From positions 1 to 64,000 of the forward strand of contig JALJEE010001847.1 of the NCBI GenBank assembly GCA_023231475.1: DNA of 64,000 nt, given 5' to 3'. Made by a program: the position numbers and the translations under genes. This stretch comes from Seison nebaliae. Lineage: Eukaryota. The notes beneath the pieces are model-generated. The model searched no databases and had not been told where the DNA came from. It saw nothing but the letters and a program-made list of their open reading frames with translations. Shown piece by piece: positions 26,182 to 43,852 of the stretch; the stretch's first letter is position 1; the number at the start of each line of letters is the position of its first letter.

Positions 26182-28847
26182 ACGACATGTTCATCGTCAA
26201 CAACAAATGCTTCAACTCCAAATTGTACATCCACTACCACTAACGATGATGTCCAAATGAAATCGACACATAAATCCGCTTCCTTCAAATCGATACGGTC
26301 TCGATTCTCTACCAACAGTTCCATCTCATCAGGATTGATGGAATCGGAACGTCGAAGTGAATTGATTGAACATTTGGAGCGTGAGGATATGTTCGACGAT
26401 CTCATTCAAAAATCATCACTTACCGTCAAATCGAGATCTCATTTTGATCAATTGGTAGCAGATGTTTGTTTCGGAGCGAATGTTTATTATTTATTACAAC
26501 CAGTTTTCGTTAATGTGGCAGCGACTAATCATCCGAAAGCTGAATGTTCTCATGGTTTTACTGAAACTCAACCAATTTTGCCTGCAATCCGATTCACTAT
26601 TGATCCTTCGAAACCATTCGCTGCTCGTGTTATGCCTCATGCGGCAAATATGAACGGTTTCTTCATTGTTGACACATATCAACATTATCTTTACGAATTC
26701 ATCACATCATCAAGAGAAGAATCGAGAAAATGGCAAGATATTATAAAGCATTCCATCGACAAAGATAAGCAACAACAATTATCGAACGCCGCTTCTCTCT
26801 CCATCAAATCGGAGAATTCCATCGATACTAAATTAATTCCACCATCAATTTCATCATCAATGTTGGGTGGTGGACGAGTGTCAAATGAGAAAGTTGTTGA
26901 AATGAATGAGAATGTGGAAGAGAATGTAGAATCAGAATTGAAATCATCATCTTCCTCATTGAATAAGAATTTAGAGAAGGAAAAATCGGAATTGATGGAA
27001 TTGGCAAAGAATCTCTCATCTTATGGAGTTATCGAACATCTTGTATCGATGAGAGATGTGACAGATGAACAAGAAGATAATGATTCATTGAATTTCACTT
27101 CATCTCATGACAAAGTTGATCAATTAGATTTGAATGAAGAATTTATAAAAATCATTAGAAATAATGATGAAGACGATGACGACGAGAATGACGATGATGA
27201 CGATGATGATTTGAAAAATAATTCTCAAAATTATTCTGATGAGAATTTTCGTCAGGAAACATCTCTTCCTCACGAGAAAAATGATGTAGATGATGATGAT
27301 AAACGGAAATCGATTCAAATCGATAATATTAATCTATTTATTGATGAAACGACTGAAAGAAATAAATTGAATGAATCCAATAATAAAAATAATCTTCTAC
27401 ATAAATCTGAAATTCGTATTCCGATAACAGAAGGAATGATTGTCAATTTTAATGACGACAATAATAACAACGATGATAATAATAAAACGATGAGTTTGGA
27501 CAATAAGAGAAAAGATAAATTGGATGAACAATTAGAAATTAATAAAAATTTCTCTCAAATTAAACTCTCACCAAATCAATCACCATCATCAACTATTCGA
27601 CCAATAACAATAACAACAACAACAACAACAACAATGTCATCAGTTCCCGTTCCTCAAAAAGAAACGACTTCAATCGATTATCAACCAACGAAAACGAAAT
27701 CTAAACATTATGGTTTGATAAAGAAAGCGAAGAATTTGTTTTATGGTGAGAAGAACCATCACCATCATAATCATCATCATCAATCAGAAGATCAGAAGAT
27801 CGAGTTGAATGATGAATTAAACGAAAGCAAATCGACAAAGAAGCACAAGTCGGTGAAAGTGAAATTACTCGTTTCTCAACTTTCCACGACTAGTACCTCA
27901 ACCGTCATCACAAACCCTACCATCACAACAACCACCGTTCCAATACCGTTTGATGGGAAGACATTTATTCGTAGTTCTCCAGAAACAGAAAATAATTCTT
28001 CACAGAAAACTGATTCATCATCGAACGAAAGCAAACAAATAAAAGGGGAAGAAATTCCTTTTGCAGGTTCATTTCTATTCGTTTCACCAAAAACCATTTT
28101 TCTTTTTAGATGAATTGAGAGCGAAAGATGAGCAGATTATCGAATTGATCGATAAACGTTTGCATCTTATTCAAGATTATGTGGAAGCAGAATGTGACAG
28201 ATATGAGAAGAGTGAGAAACCGAAAAATAATCAAACAACTACCAATTCGACACCTAACGAACAATTACAATCGATGAATCAAGGTACGTCTATTTCTTTT
28301 ATCTTTTATCAATTCTTTTCCATCTACTCACAATTTTGCCCTCTATCCATTGTCGTAACTATATTTGATATATATATTAATATATATTTCTCTCTCTTAA
28401 ATTTGTTTGTCCTTATCATTTGTTTTCTCTTTTTATTAATTCCTGTTTGTTCAATATCGAATTGTAGCGATGTTCGATTTGACGAATATGCTAAAGAGTG
28501 TCCTCCAATATTCGACATCTTCTATTCATTCACATGTGAAATACATAGGAGACACTACTCCTGACTCTCAATCATCTCGATCGGTCACTTCCATCCAACA
28601 AAATAAACTGTCATCATTATCAGTTTCATCAATGTCATCATCCACATCTTCATTGACGAATGCGTCAAAAGGAGAATCGACGATAGGAAATGGTCAGCAG
28701 CTTCGTCCATCATCGGAACTTCCGAACGGAAGAACGGATGATTCGGAATATGTCGATGTTGTTCATGAAATTAGACAACTTCGTCGAGATCTCCAGTTCA
28801 TCATCAGAACTACACAAATCATGGCAATCAATGCGTTCAACGGTTGA
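15273..28847 (+). CDS. PDZ-RGS-C1-DH-PH Rho guanine nucleotide exchange factor (RhoGEF2 / ARHGEF11-12 family), ~12 exons
   Basis: PDZ (KGFGFTVSG, GDILIRING), RH/RGS-like (RWAYEIYSCFL), C1 (HFISEHF..CSAC..CIEC..HREC), DH (RQNIINELIYTEQRH, MQRLTRYPLLL) and PH (LLYEGKLIWRI, RKWQDII). Introns 15511-15555, 15719-16291, 16551-20174, 20283-20371, 23770-23818, 24011-24062, 24123-24193, 24424-24469, 24611-24655, 28067-28109, 28284-28467. Confidence 0.88.
17356..17379. repeat. (GA)n microsatellite in RhoGEF intron
   Basis: Direct GA run. Confidence 0.9.
19590..19645. repeat. (TG)n-type microsatellite in RhoGEF intron
   Basis: Imperfect TG run. Confidence 0.85.
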
Positions 28848-29323
28848 TGATCTAACCCAGCCCACCCTCATGGAAAGATGGAACGAGACAAATTAAATTT
28901 TTTTTTGACGTTTGAAAAGAATTCAAAAACTATTTTTCATTTATTTTTTCCTCCTTATCTTTTATTCCCAAATTATATTCATGAATAATCTTATCAGTTT
29001 CATTTATCAGTTCTTTCTTATTAGTTCTCTACCACTATATTTTCTCGGCGACTGGAGGTCCTGAGAGAAACCGTCTTTCTCTCATTCAGTTCATTGCTTC
29101 CATCAACTCTATCTTCTTCCTATTGTATTAGATCTCGCCACTTGTTCATCTTTTACGATTTCCTTAATCTCTTGTCTCTCCTAATCACCATTCTACTAAC
29201 TCTTCTTTAAATTCGCCAATAGACTGACTGACTTGACTGTCAGACAGAGAATCGTTAGAAATCTCCTCTCCCTCACACCCCCTCCCCAATATATTACCGG
29301 TGAGTAAGATCAACATTCATCAA

Positions 29324-29324
29324 C

Positions 29325-29355
<31 letters not shown>

Positions 29356-29391
29356 GACTACTACTACTACTACGACTACTACTACTACTAC
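29324..29391. repeat. (CTA)n microsatellite
   Basis: Direct trinucleotide run with two CGA interruptions. Confidence 0.9.
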
Positions 29392-30152
29392 AGATGTCAT
29401 ATAAGAATTATTGGAATAAAGAAATTGCAATTTCATTTCATCATCTCATCTCATTTTCATGGAATATTTTATTTCTTATAAATTTTCAACTATTGTCAAT
29501 TCTATAAAATTATCGTAATCATTATCTTTCATTGTCTTCTCTCAAATTTAACATTCATTTAAATATAAATTTCAAAATAAAAATTAAATTATTGAAAAAA
29601 TTAGAAATTATCTCGATAAAAAACTCTTTTCAAGATAAATTATTAGGTATTATTTTTCTAATTTGGTGCAGTTCCGTTAATTACCTCTATTCTTGTCGTC
29701 AAATGATTAATTGAATTAAGTTGTTCCTTTCATTTCTCATCAGTAAATGGAATTCCTTTGAAATGATGCTTTTCACTAGGTCTATAATTGTCGGGAATGA
29801 AGATTTTTGGATAGAAAATGAAATTTTTAGGGTTCAATTTCCTTCCCACATAACAACATAACGGGTTGATTAGGGATAACTAGCACTTATCTTATCTCTT
29901 AGAAGAATGGGAATATGAACGGCGAATTGTTTGTTCGTTCTATTTTCATTTAGTTGATACGCCTCAGCTCATCGATAACTTCCTGGATAAGAAATGAATT
30001 TGAAATGGTTAATAATGAGTTGAATAATGGAGATGAAAGTCAATTGTATTGAGCGTCTTTCCTCTTTAGAGGTGACAAGTTGAATATACGTTCACATCAT
30101 TTACTTTCTTGTCCATTTATTACTCTCAATACTATATTTGTAAGGAGACGAC

Positions 30153-31314
30153 ATGGTACATTCGAATCGTAATCAACATTTCCATCGGAATGCTTACCGC
30201 AACCGAAGTTGTGATGTGGAGAAGGTGTTCAATTCATCCACCACATCTCATCACTCCAATAATAATAATGATAGAAATGATGTAGTTGGACATCCTCGAA
30301 AGACATTCTTTTCTAATCTTCCTTCGCACAATAAATTGTCTAAATCTCTTCAATCAATCGATCAATGTATGAACGACACAGATAACACTTTCTGGAGTAA
30401 AACCAGTTCGCCTCCAACACAATGTAGTAGCGGTGGTGGTAATGGTGGTGTTGTTGGCAGTGTTGTGACTCGGATACCAACTGAGACAGAATACATCAAT
30501 CGAGCTAATTACTCAACGGTGGTTTATAAGCAGAAAGTGGGAATTAGATATCTCCAACCGCCAACTCCTAAACCGTTGGGACCGATTTTTGTAAAGGAGA
30601 GTTCATTGATGAATAATGAACGATCGGTTTCGCCAATTCTAATTCGACAACGACCACCAGAACCGCGAACTCCTTCGCCACTCATTCTAAGAGAGAAACC
30701 GAATTTCCATTATATCGCCATCCAACCGATAATTGTGGAGAGAGATAAATGTATCAAATGTTCGAAGTTACGTGAAGCATGGATATCTCAACAAGAGAAG
30801 AAGAATCGGAAAATTATAGTTTGTGAAACTTTACAGGAATCTCATGTTCTCCTTTATTTTCTCCATTTCATTATTTCATCTTTTTCTTATTTAGAGAAGT
30901 GACAACTTGTCCAATTATAATTCACGATCAGAAACTTTATCAAACAATTTGGCGAATACTGATAGTGATGTATCCTCATTCTCCATATCATCATCATCAT
31001 CATCATCATCATTATTAACATCTTCAACATCATCAACAGCCACACTCTCTTCAAAAGAAGATCGAAGTGGATGGAGGAAATCGTTTAAATTGAATAAAAC
31101 TGAACAAATTCCTCAATATTCGAATCGCGGACAATATTCGATGAGAAGAAATAACAATTCAGTTTATCCTCAACTCTACTTAGTTGGTGGGGTGAGGAAT
31201 AGGAAATCGAGGAAAACGATTGTCAATCGTCGGAAAGTTTCATATTTAGTCTTTTGAAACGAGTAACGAGATGTATCATTTCCACAGCCATTGATCATTT
31301 ATGAACGTATTTGA
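30153..31314 (+). CDS. Uncharacterised proline-rich protein (IRYLQPPTP..PILIRQ..PLILRE type), 3 exons
   Basis: ORFs 30153-30902 and 30907-31257 join in frame via intron 30846-30894. Last intron 31237-31287 leads to PLIIYERI*. Confidence 0.7.
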
Positions 31315-32720
31315 ATGATGATTCTCCCATCCTAATGTGCCATGGTGACGAGTGTATGGAAAAACAAGTTCGATGAGTGAAAGACAAATACGAAGAACGA
31401 CGATTCTTTTCCCCCACATCATCCAATTAGACACAATGCGTTTAATGAGAATAAAATCTTCATGTTTAAAATATCATTAAATATTTTCTTTATTGAATAT
31501 CGATTTGAACTGATAATCTGACATTTAGAATAAGGGAGAATGCAGAAGAAGGATGATCGAATTAGAATGGAAAGAATGTTCGATCATTTTTCTTTTCTGT
31601 ACGTACCTCCTTCTGAAAAGGGGTCAATGTTTTCTTTTAGTTTATTTCAATATTATGACATGTTTAATGTCATCATAATTTCTTACTCATCCCTCTTCAA
31701 ATTCAATCATTTTACAACAGCATCGAATAGATGATTAATATCCGTTAAAACATTAACGTTCCGATGAAGGCAATTTGATTTAACTGAATTCAATCAATTA
31801 ATAATTATGATTATTCTCCACTCTATTTATTATTCTCATTATTCTGATGATGACGACGACGACGACGACAATGATGAGGATGGCGATGATGATGAGTCGT
31901 TGTCGAACAACAGTAGTTGAACTTCATTTATGCGTATATCTCCGATAATGTCATAATAACATGAAACACTCCCCGAAATGATTGGAAGAGAACAATAGGA
32001 TTGAGAGTTTACCTATTAAGAAAGAACTTTAGTGAAATTAATTGAGAATGATTAGAGAATGAATTTGAGAAGACGAATTAAGATAATCCATTACTGTCCT
32101 TATATCCCCTCCACTCAAATATATTTCCCTTTTTATCTCTATCTCTCCTGGCGAGTGGGGGATTGAGGTAGTATAAATATTGAATGATGAGCAGGTCTCA
32201 CCATTCACCAATTGTATGAATCCATTCTTCTTTTAATCGTTTAATAGACTCGTTCAGACACCTACATCCATTACCACTCATTACGTCTTTCCAAACATCG
32301 GCCGTCATTGTCGTCATAATTCCTAATCTTATCTGGCGCACGTCCTAATCTATTGAGAAGAGAATCTTATCACATTGTGGTCCGCCATATGAACGATTCA
32401 GTCACATTATCTAATTATAAATATATCTCAGATAATAACCATTCGTATGAACAATCCACTCTCCATATTAATCATTATCTTTGCTCTACCTCACGCTGTT
32501 GAACAGAACATCGGAATCAAAACTTTCAATTTATCCTACTCAGTTAACTGAAATTCAATTGACACTCTCATTTTCCCGACTCCAATTATCCTTTCCATTA
32601 CACGACAATTACACAATAGTCAAATCGACAACGACGACGACGACGACGACAACAACAACGAAGAGAAAGCAAATAAACATGAACGTTCTCATGTACGGGC
32701 GAACTGTCGAATAACAATAC

Positions 32721-32721
<1 letters not shown>

Positions 32722-32768
<47 letters not shown>
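32722..32768. repeat. (CAT)n microsatellite
   Basis: Direct trinucleotide run. Confidence 0.9.
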
Positions 32769-32772
<4 letters not shown>

Positions 32773-33719
32773 TTTTCATAAAGATGATCGATGGTGAGAA
32801 TACTCGTGCGTATATACGTTCAACTGTCCTTCATCTCCAATTTTTTCATTGTCGTCATCGATATATTATGTATCAGCGTCATATTTCTCCTGAATTCCTT
32901 TGAGAGAAGAGAAAAATAATAATTCTCTCAGTCGATTACTTTAACTCACATCCTCTTCTACCTCCTTCCCTGTTTGACTGAACAAAGCGGAGGACAATTA
33001 GAAACAAATAGTTATTAGAAAAGAAAAAAATTACTGTAATTATTTCGAATTAGAAATCCAATTCTTCACATCTCATTGAACATCCAAATTAATCTGAAAT
33101 TCCTATTTAGACATTCCGTCCGGTTCCTCCAAAAAATCTCTCTCGATACTTTCCAGTCGTCATTTTCATTTCATTCTCCTCTTCTTCTTCTTCCAACCAT
33201 TCCACACAATTTTCTCATTTCAATAACATTTTCTTCCAATATCTCCACAACTTCAAAATTGAAAAATCATAATTGTCTAATAGAATTTTCACACAGTAAC
33301 AGTTCCACGCACAAAATTCGGAAATATTAAAAGATTCTTCAAGTTCCGTTTCAGGAAATTGCTACAGTTATCTCTGTAATACCTGTGATTCTTCAGGAAG
33401 GTTCGAACGAAGAAAATAATTCAATATATCTTCTTCGTTCTTTCTTGGTGATATTGTTCGATAATACGAGATGAGTTTGATGGAGGAATTAGATGACGAA
33501 TTAATTAATTTCTGTTTGGACAATCGTTTCATTTTTATTTGGCAGTAATTTGTTTATTTATTTGGGAGAAAAGTGGAAGTGAATGAAATAATTATGAATA
33601 ATTTTTATAGTTGAGTTGTGATTAATTAATTCTTTCATTCATTCTTTCTTTCTTTCTTTCTTTCTTTCTTCAACCGATTTCCATTGTTTTGTGATGTGTA
33701 TGTTGATGTGAAAAGAAGA

Positions 33720-38262
<4,543 letters not shown>

Positions 38263-38981
38263 GAATCATAACGATTCCAATCCAATATTTATGATATAAT
38301 TTTAATTGAACTCTTTTTTTTTTATCTCACAATTTCTTCTCTTTTTAGAACGATAATTTCACATAATCACAAAAAGGAAGATGAAACTGTAAAATGGAAG
38401 CATGTCAGAACATCAGAACATATTTTATCTAAACACAATTTTTTTTTAAAACTGAATCATCAAGAGACGTTCTTCCTTACATCTTCTTCCTTTATCCTCT
38501 TCCTCCCCCCACTTCCTTCCTCTTCCCTCCTTCCTCCACCCATCAACATGAAATCAAAGAAAAATTTTTGATTAAAAATTCATTTATCTTTCTCACGACT
38601 AATTGAAGTAAATCGATTCGATTTCTTCAAAACAAACTATCCTTGTGATTAGGTAGGGAGTCGTATATGTTGCGACATTCCCACATCATCTGTCCGATAT
38701 GAACAAAATAGATTATTTTCATTTTCATTTTCATAATGATGATTAGATTCCAATCGTATCGGTGACAGAAACAAAAATTTTTATTAATTCTAATTAAAAT
38801 ACTTTTTAGATTTCTCCCTCTTCCCATTATTCGATATATCATTTTCATATTTAGAGAAAAATGGAAAATTTTAATTTAAATGAAACTAAATAAAATTTAA
38901 AGAAAACAACGAGAAAAACATATTCAGATGAATAAACGAAAATCATTATATGTTGATGATAATAAACATTCTCTTCTTCTT

Positions 38982-40505
38982 CTATCGCATCCACAATAAC
39001 ATTTGGATCGGATCTTCCAAGAACTTTCCGAATAAATTGGAGAATCGTGCCATTGTGGCACCGTCGATAACTCGATGATCAGCCGACCAACTCACTTCCA
39101 TTATATCTCGTTTGACCAATTCATCATTTCGATAACGTGGCAATTGTTGCAATTTACCAAATGCACCAATGGCTGCTTGTGGAACGACGAGAATCGGTTT
39201 AGCATAAGTTCCCCCAATTGCTCCAATATTGGATAAAGAGAAAGTTCCATTGGACAGATCATCTACTGATAATTTCGCATTGGACGCTTTCTCTTGAAGT
39301 TGATTGAGATGATTGGCGATATCCCAAATGCTCATTGTTTGCACGTCTTTAATGACGGGAACAAGTAGTCCTTCTTTCGTATCCATGGCAACGCCGATAT
39401 TATGAGAAGATTTATAAGTGAGATGTGTAGCTGATACACTGACATGAGAATTGAGTACTGGATATTGGGTGAGAGCTAATGACGCCGCCTGAAAAAGAAT
39501 ATTTTGAAGAATAATTAGAAAGAATGAAAGAAAAAAAACTTTGAGAATAAATGGCATAAAAGACAATTTCACTTGTTTTCTTGTCGCTTCCTCTTTTAAT
39601 TGTCGACGTAATTGAACGAGATTAGTCACATCAATTTCATCACAATAACCGAATTGTGGAATTAGAGCTGCAGCTGTCATCGTTTTCACCATCGCTTTCT
39701 GAATTCCTTTTACTTCTATCGTTTTATCCATATTAGTTGAAGGAATTGATGATGGACTTCCAAACTCTTTTATCGAATGAGATGAAGATGAATCTTCCAT
39801 AATTGGAGGTGTTGTTTCTTTCAATTGATTAGTATAAGAGAGAATATCTTCTTTTAATATTCGTCCATTCTTTCCCGTTCCTTTCACTAACGCCAAATTG
39901 ACATTCTCTTCTCTTGCTATTCGTCGAACTGCTGGCGTCGCCAGATTATTTCCCATATTTGTCTCTTCCATTTTCTGATTTGTTGATGAGATAGTGAGAT
40001 TGGTGGATGATGGAGAATTATCATCTAAAATGTCATTCTTTGAATTATCGTCATCTAAAATGTCATTCTTTGAATTATCATCATCCAACTCCTCCACTAC
40101 AATATCCACTAACGGTTGTCCCACCAGGGCGATATCTTCCAATTCGTGATGGATCTTCTTCACTGTTCCTCGATATCGGGAAGTGATTGTCGCTAATGCT
40201 TTGTCACTTTGCACTTCACAAATATTGTCGAACTCTTCGACAGATTCACCTTCTTTAATGAACCATTGTTTGATGGTGACTTCAGTGATACCTTCACCAA
40301 TATCCGATAAATTCAATGGAAGAGTGGAAGCATTTCTCACAAATAAATCAGTTCTACAGAATGATGAATGATTGATATGAGGAAATAATTCATAATTCGA
40401 GATATGGCAAACAGTTCGAGTCGATTCCAATTGATAAATTGGACGAGTTGATTTGAACGAACTTGTTAATTTGGACAAACGCCTCAAATATTTTAAGGAA
40501 GACAT
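38982..40505 (-). CDS. DBT: Branched-chain alpha-keto acid dehydrogenase E2 (dihydrolipoamide transacylase)
   Basis: Lipoyl domain [16 protein letters not shown]3-binding [11 protein letters not shown], catalytic [12 protein letters not shown]. One in-frame 51-nt intron at 39489-39539. Confidence 0.95.
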   Translation of the reverse strand: MSSLKYLRRLSKLTSSFKSTRPIYQLESTRTVCHISNYELFPHINHSSFCRTDLFVRNASTLPLNLSDIGEGITEVTIKQWFIKEGESVEEFDNICEVQSDKALATITSRYRGTVKKIHHELEDIALVGQPLVDIVVEELDDDNSKNDILDDDNSKNDILDDNSPSSTNLTISSTNQKMEETNMGNNLATPAVRRIAREENVNLALVKGTGKNGRILKEDILSYTNQLKETTPPIMEDSSSSHSIKEFGSPSSIPSTNMDKTIEVKGIQKAMVKTMTAAALIPQFGYCDEIDVTNLVQLRRQLKEEATRKQVKLSFMPFILKVFFLSFFLIILQNILFQAASLALTQYPVLNSHVSVSATHLTYKSSHNIGVAMDTKEGLLVPVIKDVQTMSIWDIANHLNQLQEKASNAKLSVDDLSNGTFSLSNIGAIGGTYAKPILVVPQAAIGAFGKLQQLPRYRNDELVKRDIMEVSWSADHRVIDGATMARFSNLFGKFLEDPIQMLLWMR

Positions 40506-40731
40506 TGTGTCTCTTCACAATCAATTACAATGAAACGAAAACTGAAACGATAATTATTCTCTAAACAATAACAAGAATAAAAAGAAAACATAAAAATTAT
40601 GAGAAGATATAGAGAAAATTTTCATTAAACATCTTTACAATTGTATTGAGACACACAATCGAGAATGATGAAGAGAATTTCTAATTGAAAAATTCTAAAA
40701 AGATTTTGGAGAAGATTTGAATGATTGATTT

Positions 40732-42399
40732 TTATTTATTCCATTTATATCTTTCCCAATGTTCTTCGAACGCTTTTCGACAATCCACTTTACATTTCAA
40801 TTTCGTACAAAGAAGAAAAGTTCCCGCCAATTTCCGATGTAGTGAATATGTCTCTTCTGGTGGTGGAGTAAGTCGTTCATTAACCATTCCACTGATCATC
40901 GATCGAATTCGTTTAACAGTTGATTGACGACCGAAATCGAAGAGACCTGATGTGGCGAACACTTCTCCAAGAATCATCACTGCATCCACGTGTTGTTCCA
41001 TCATCTTCTTTGTATCATAATCGGAGAGAAATCCCAAATCTTTTGACAAACGAATAATTTCTCTTCGATCTTTCCTCCTCGCTGCATCGATCGATTCCAT
41101 ATAAGAATTGATAAATTTTCTTTCATAATTTCTTGTCGCACCAAAATCTAAAAGATTTATTCTTCGACCATCAAATAAGAAATTCGCCCAATTCGGATCG
41201 GTTTGCATAAAACGATATTGGAACGCTTCCATTAGACAAAGTCGAAATAAACAATCACCAATTTCATTAAGTGTAGTGGGAGAGCAATGATCGATCGTCT
41301 CGTCGATATTAATTCCATGAACATATTCGGTTGTGAGAACATGTTCCGTTGATAAATGTTTGAATGTTTGTGGAATGTAAAAGAAATGTCGGAGATGTTG
41401 AGACTCGTTTAAATTGTTTCGATATGTTTCCATCGAATTCCTTTCTCGAACATAATCACATTCCCATAATAATTCCCGTTCCATCACTTTTGACATATGT
41501 TCAACATATAATCCTCTTGGTAATAAATTCGTCCAATTAAAGAGACTCAATAAATTATCAATATCACTATGAATACTATCTCTAATTCCTGGATATTGAA
41601 TTTTCACTGCTACTTCCATTATTCTCCCATTCTCTTCATTCTCCACTGTTCCTCGATGTACTTGACCGATTGATGCAGCAGCGAATGGTTTCGGATCGAA
41701 TTCTATAAATTTCTCTTTTTGCCAATTCTCACCCAATTCTTTCGTCATCACTTTCTCCATTTGCCATTCGGGCATATAATCTGCACTTTGTCGTACTCGA
41801 TGAAGAGCGTCTTGCAATTCCTCCGAGATTAATTCATTATCTTGAATACTTAACATCTGTCCTAATTTGAGACTGGCGCCACGAACTTTACATAAAACAT
41901 CAACGATTCGATCGACATTTTGTTTGGAAAGAAGAGCATTTCGTCTTCTTTTCGTCTTAACAGTCAATTGTGAATGTTTCGATGTCAATTGATTCATTCG
42001 TTCTTTAGTCATTTCACTCATATATCCATAACCTAAACCAACTGCTAATTTACTGAAATTATAAAGACGATGAACTCGATTGGATGGAACGGCTCTTTCG
42101 GAGGAATCCTCCAAATAATCTTTTTTCAATTTCACATTCTCATTCCAATGATTGGGAGAATTATCAGTTAGTGGAATATTCTCTTCTTTCTCATTCCAAC
42201 GAGTGGATTGAAGATAAAAAAGAAATTTTACATCTCTCCACACAACACCCACATCAATCGATGATATTCTATTTAATTCCAATTTCTTCCATTTCGAACA
42301 TTTGACAATATCGTCACGATAATGTTTCAATTGCGCATTCAACACATTTCCCGACTCATTCAACACCAATCTCATTCCCTTACTAATATTCTGCACCAT
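40732..42399 (-). CDS. COQ8: Atypical kinase COQ8 (ADCK3/4, UbiB/ABC1 family)
   Basis: KLGQ, PFAAASIGQVH, VAVKIQYPG, QTDPNWANF, LLDFGA, PPPEETYSLHRKL. First in-frame ATG at 42399. Confidence 0.95.
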   Translation of the reverse strand: MVQNISKGMRLVLNESGNVLNAQLKHYRDDIVKCSKWKKLELNRISSIDVGVVWRDVKFLFYLQSTRWNEKEENIPLTDNSPNHWNENVKLKKDYLEDSSERAVPSNRVHRLYNFSKLAVGLGYGYMSEMTKERMNQLTSKHSQLTVKTKRRRNALLSKQNVDRIVDVLCKVRGASLKLGQMLSIQDNELISEELQDALHRVRQSADYMPEWQMEKVMTKELGENWQKEKFIEFDPKPFAAASIGQVHRGTVENEENGRIMEVAVKIQYPGIRDSIHSDIDNLLSLFNWTNLLPRGLYVEHMSKVMERELLWECDYVRERNSMETYRNNLNESQHLRHFFYIPQTFKHLSTEHVLTTEYVHGINIDETIDHCSPTTLNEIGDCLFRLCLMEAFQYRFMQTDPNWANFLFDGRRINLLDFGATRNYERKFINSYMESIDAARRKDRREIIRLSKDLGFLSDYDTKKMMEQHVDAVMILGEVFATSGLFDFGRQSTVKRIRSMISGMVNERLTPPPEETYSLHRKLAGTFLLCTKLKCKVDCRKAFEEHWERYKWNK

Positions 42400-42844
42400 C
42401 TCCTCCACACATCGGAACTACTTCTCTTACTCAACAATATATAATATCCTCCGATATGTGTGAGATGAAAATTAATAAATGAAATTTTCAAATTTATTTT
42501 TCTTTTCCTTCATTCTCATCTTAATTCTTAATTCTTGAGCGTCATTTTATCCAATCATCAACTTTTCTTTTTTATTATTATTTATTTAACAAAATTCCCG
42601 TCGGGACACAACAAAACATTATTTGATTTTAGAATTAAAAATAAAATTAATTCTTTTGAAACGATTGAATTAGAAATTTTTGGAGAGTTGAAAGAAATAG
42701 ATGTTGAGATGGAAAATGAATTTGGATTTCTTTGCCTTTCCTATTTAATTCAAGTCAACTCCTACCAATTCTCATTCTAATGTTTTTTGTTTTATTTTGT
42801 GTGAACTCCTTTTGTTTAGCGTTTGGTATTTTTCTTTTCCACTC

Positions 42845-43852
42845 ATGACAGTAACGAGCCTTCAAAGCAACAGTCCCAATTCGAATGCCCATAAATTGAC
42901 ATTGAGTAAGAAGTTTCAGAAATGGAACAACCGATTAGGTGTGAAAGGTCGAGTTGGCCGATTGAGATCCATGAGGAATGCGCCCGGAGTTGGTGGTATA
43001 TATGACAAGAGGTTGAAAGATAATAAGTTGACCGATTTACAAAGTCTTGTCGAAAAATCGAGAACGGAACCGAATACTGACAAATGGCTTGACAATAATA
43101 TTAAGATGAGATCCGATTATCGATATGTCTGTAATAAGGCTCTCAATAAAGTACCGAAAGATCAACAATTCTCTAAGAATTTAAGAGACAAAGCTAGTTC
43201 AGGAAAAAAAAGATCGCTTACACCTAAAAGCAACCAGAAACCACCAACATCCAAAAGTAAATCTGTGCGGAGTAATAGTAAACGTTCTCGCCCAACTAAA
43301 ACGAGTAATAAGAAATCGAGAACAGTATCACGACCAAAATTTAGAAGTAAATCAACGCCTAAAAAGAAGTCAACCGTTTCTTCGGTAAATAAACCAGTCT
43401 CATCAAAACCGAGTATAAAGTCTTCGAAAAAACGCGGCTCATCAAAAGCCCCATCAAAAGCAAGTAGAAAATCTCCGAAAAAACGCGGCTCATCAAAAGT
43501 TCCATCGAAATCGAGTAAAAAGTCTTCGAAAAAACCTCGTATACGATCTCAGGGAGCAAATATCAAAAATAGTACTAAGGCGTCAGGACAGACAGTACCA
43601 AAAAGCAGCGTACTAGGTAAACCTCCTACGGGTGATAAGCAAAAACTGTCGAAATCAGACAATGAAAAAACTCGTCCGGATATCGGTAAAGATGAGAAAG
43701 CTCTACTTGAGGCGAAATCGGCTGACATAGCGAAAGAGATCGATAAAGAACCGTTAAAAAAACCTGATCTAACTGCCGTCACGATTAGTTTTGCCAGGCC
43801 GAAAACTGGATGTCCGAAAAATTTAATTTGTCGTTGTAAACCGATAATCTGA
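42845..43852 (+). CDS. BAF-like domain plus protamine/H1-like basic tail protein, paralog 2
   Basis: Intronless. APGVGGIYDKRL...WLDNNIKMRSDYRYVCNKAL, K/S/R-rich tail with a 17-aa repeat, C-terminal GCPKNLICRC. Clear paralog of 12333-13445. Confidence 0.8.
   Translation: MTVTSLQSNSPNSNAHKLTLSKKFQKWNNRLGVKGRVGRLRSMRNAPGVGGIYDKRLKDNKLTDLQSLVEKSRTEPNTDKWLDNNIKMRSDYRYVCNKALNKVPKDQQFSKNLRDKASSGKKRSLTPKSNQKPPTSKSKSVRSNSKRSRPTKTSNKKSRTVSRPKFRSKSTPKKKSTVSSVNKPVSSKPSIKSSKKRGSSKAPSKASRKSPKKRGSSKVPSKSSKKSSKKPRIRSQGANIKNSTKASGQTVPKSSVLGKPPTGDKQKLSKSDNEKTRPDIGKDEKALLEAKSADIAKEIDKEPLKKPDLTAVTISFARPKTGCPKNLICRCKPII

Noticed and set aside
40015..40086. 30-bp duplication in DBT ([10 protein letters not shown] x2)
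   Set aside because: Lies in the variable inter-domain linker; routine slippage.
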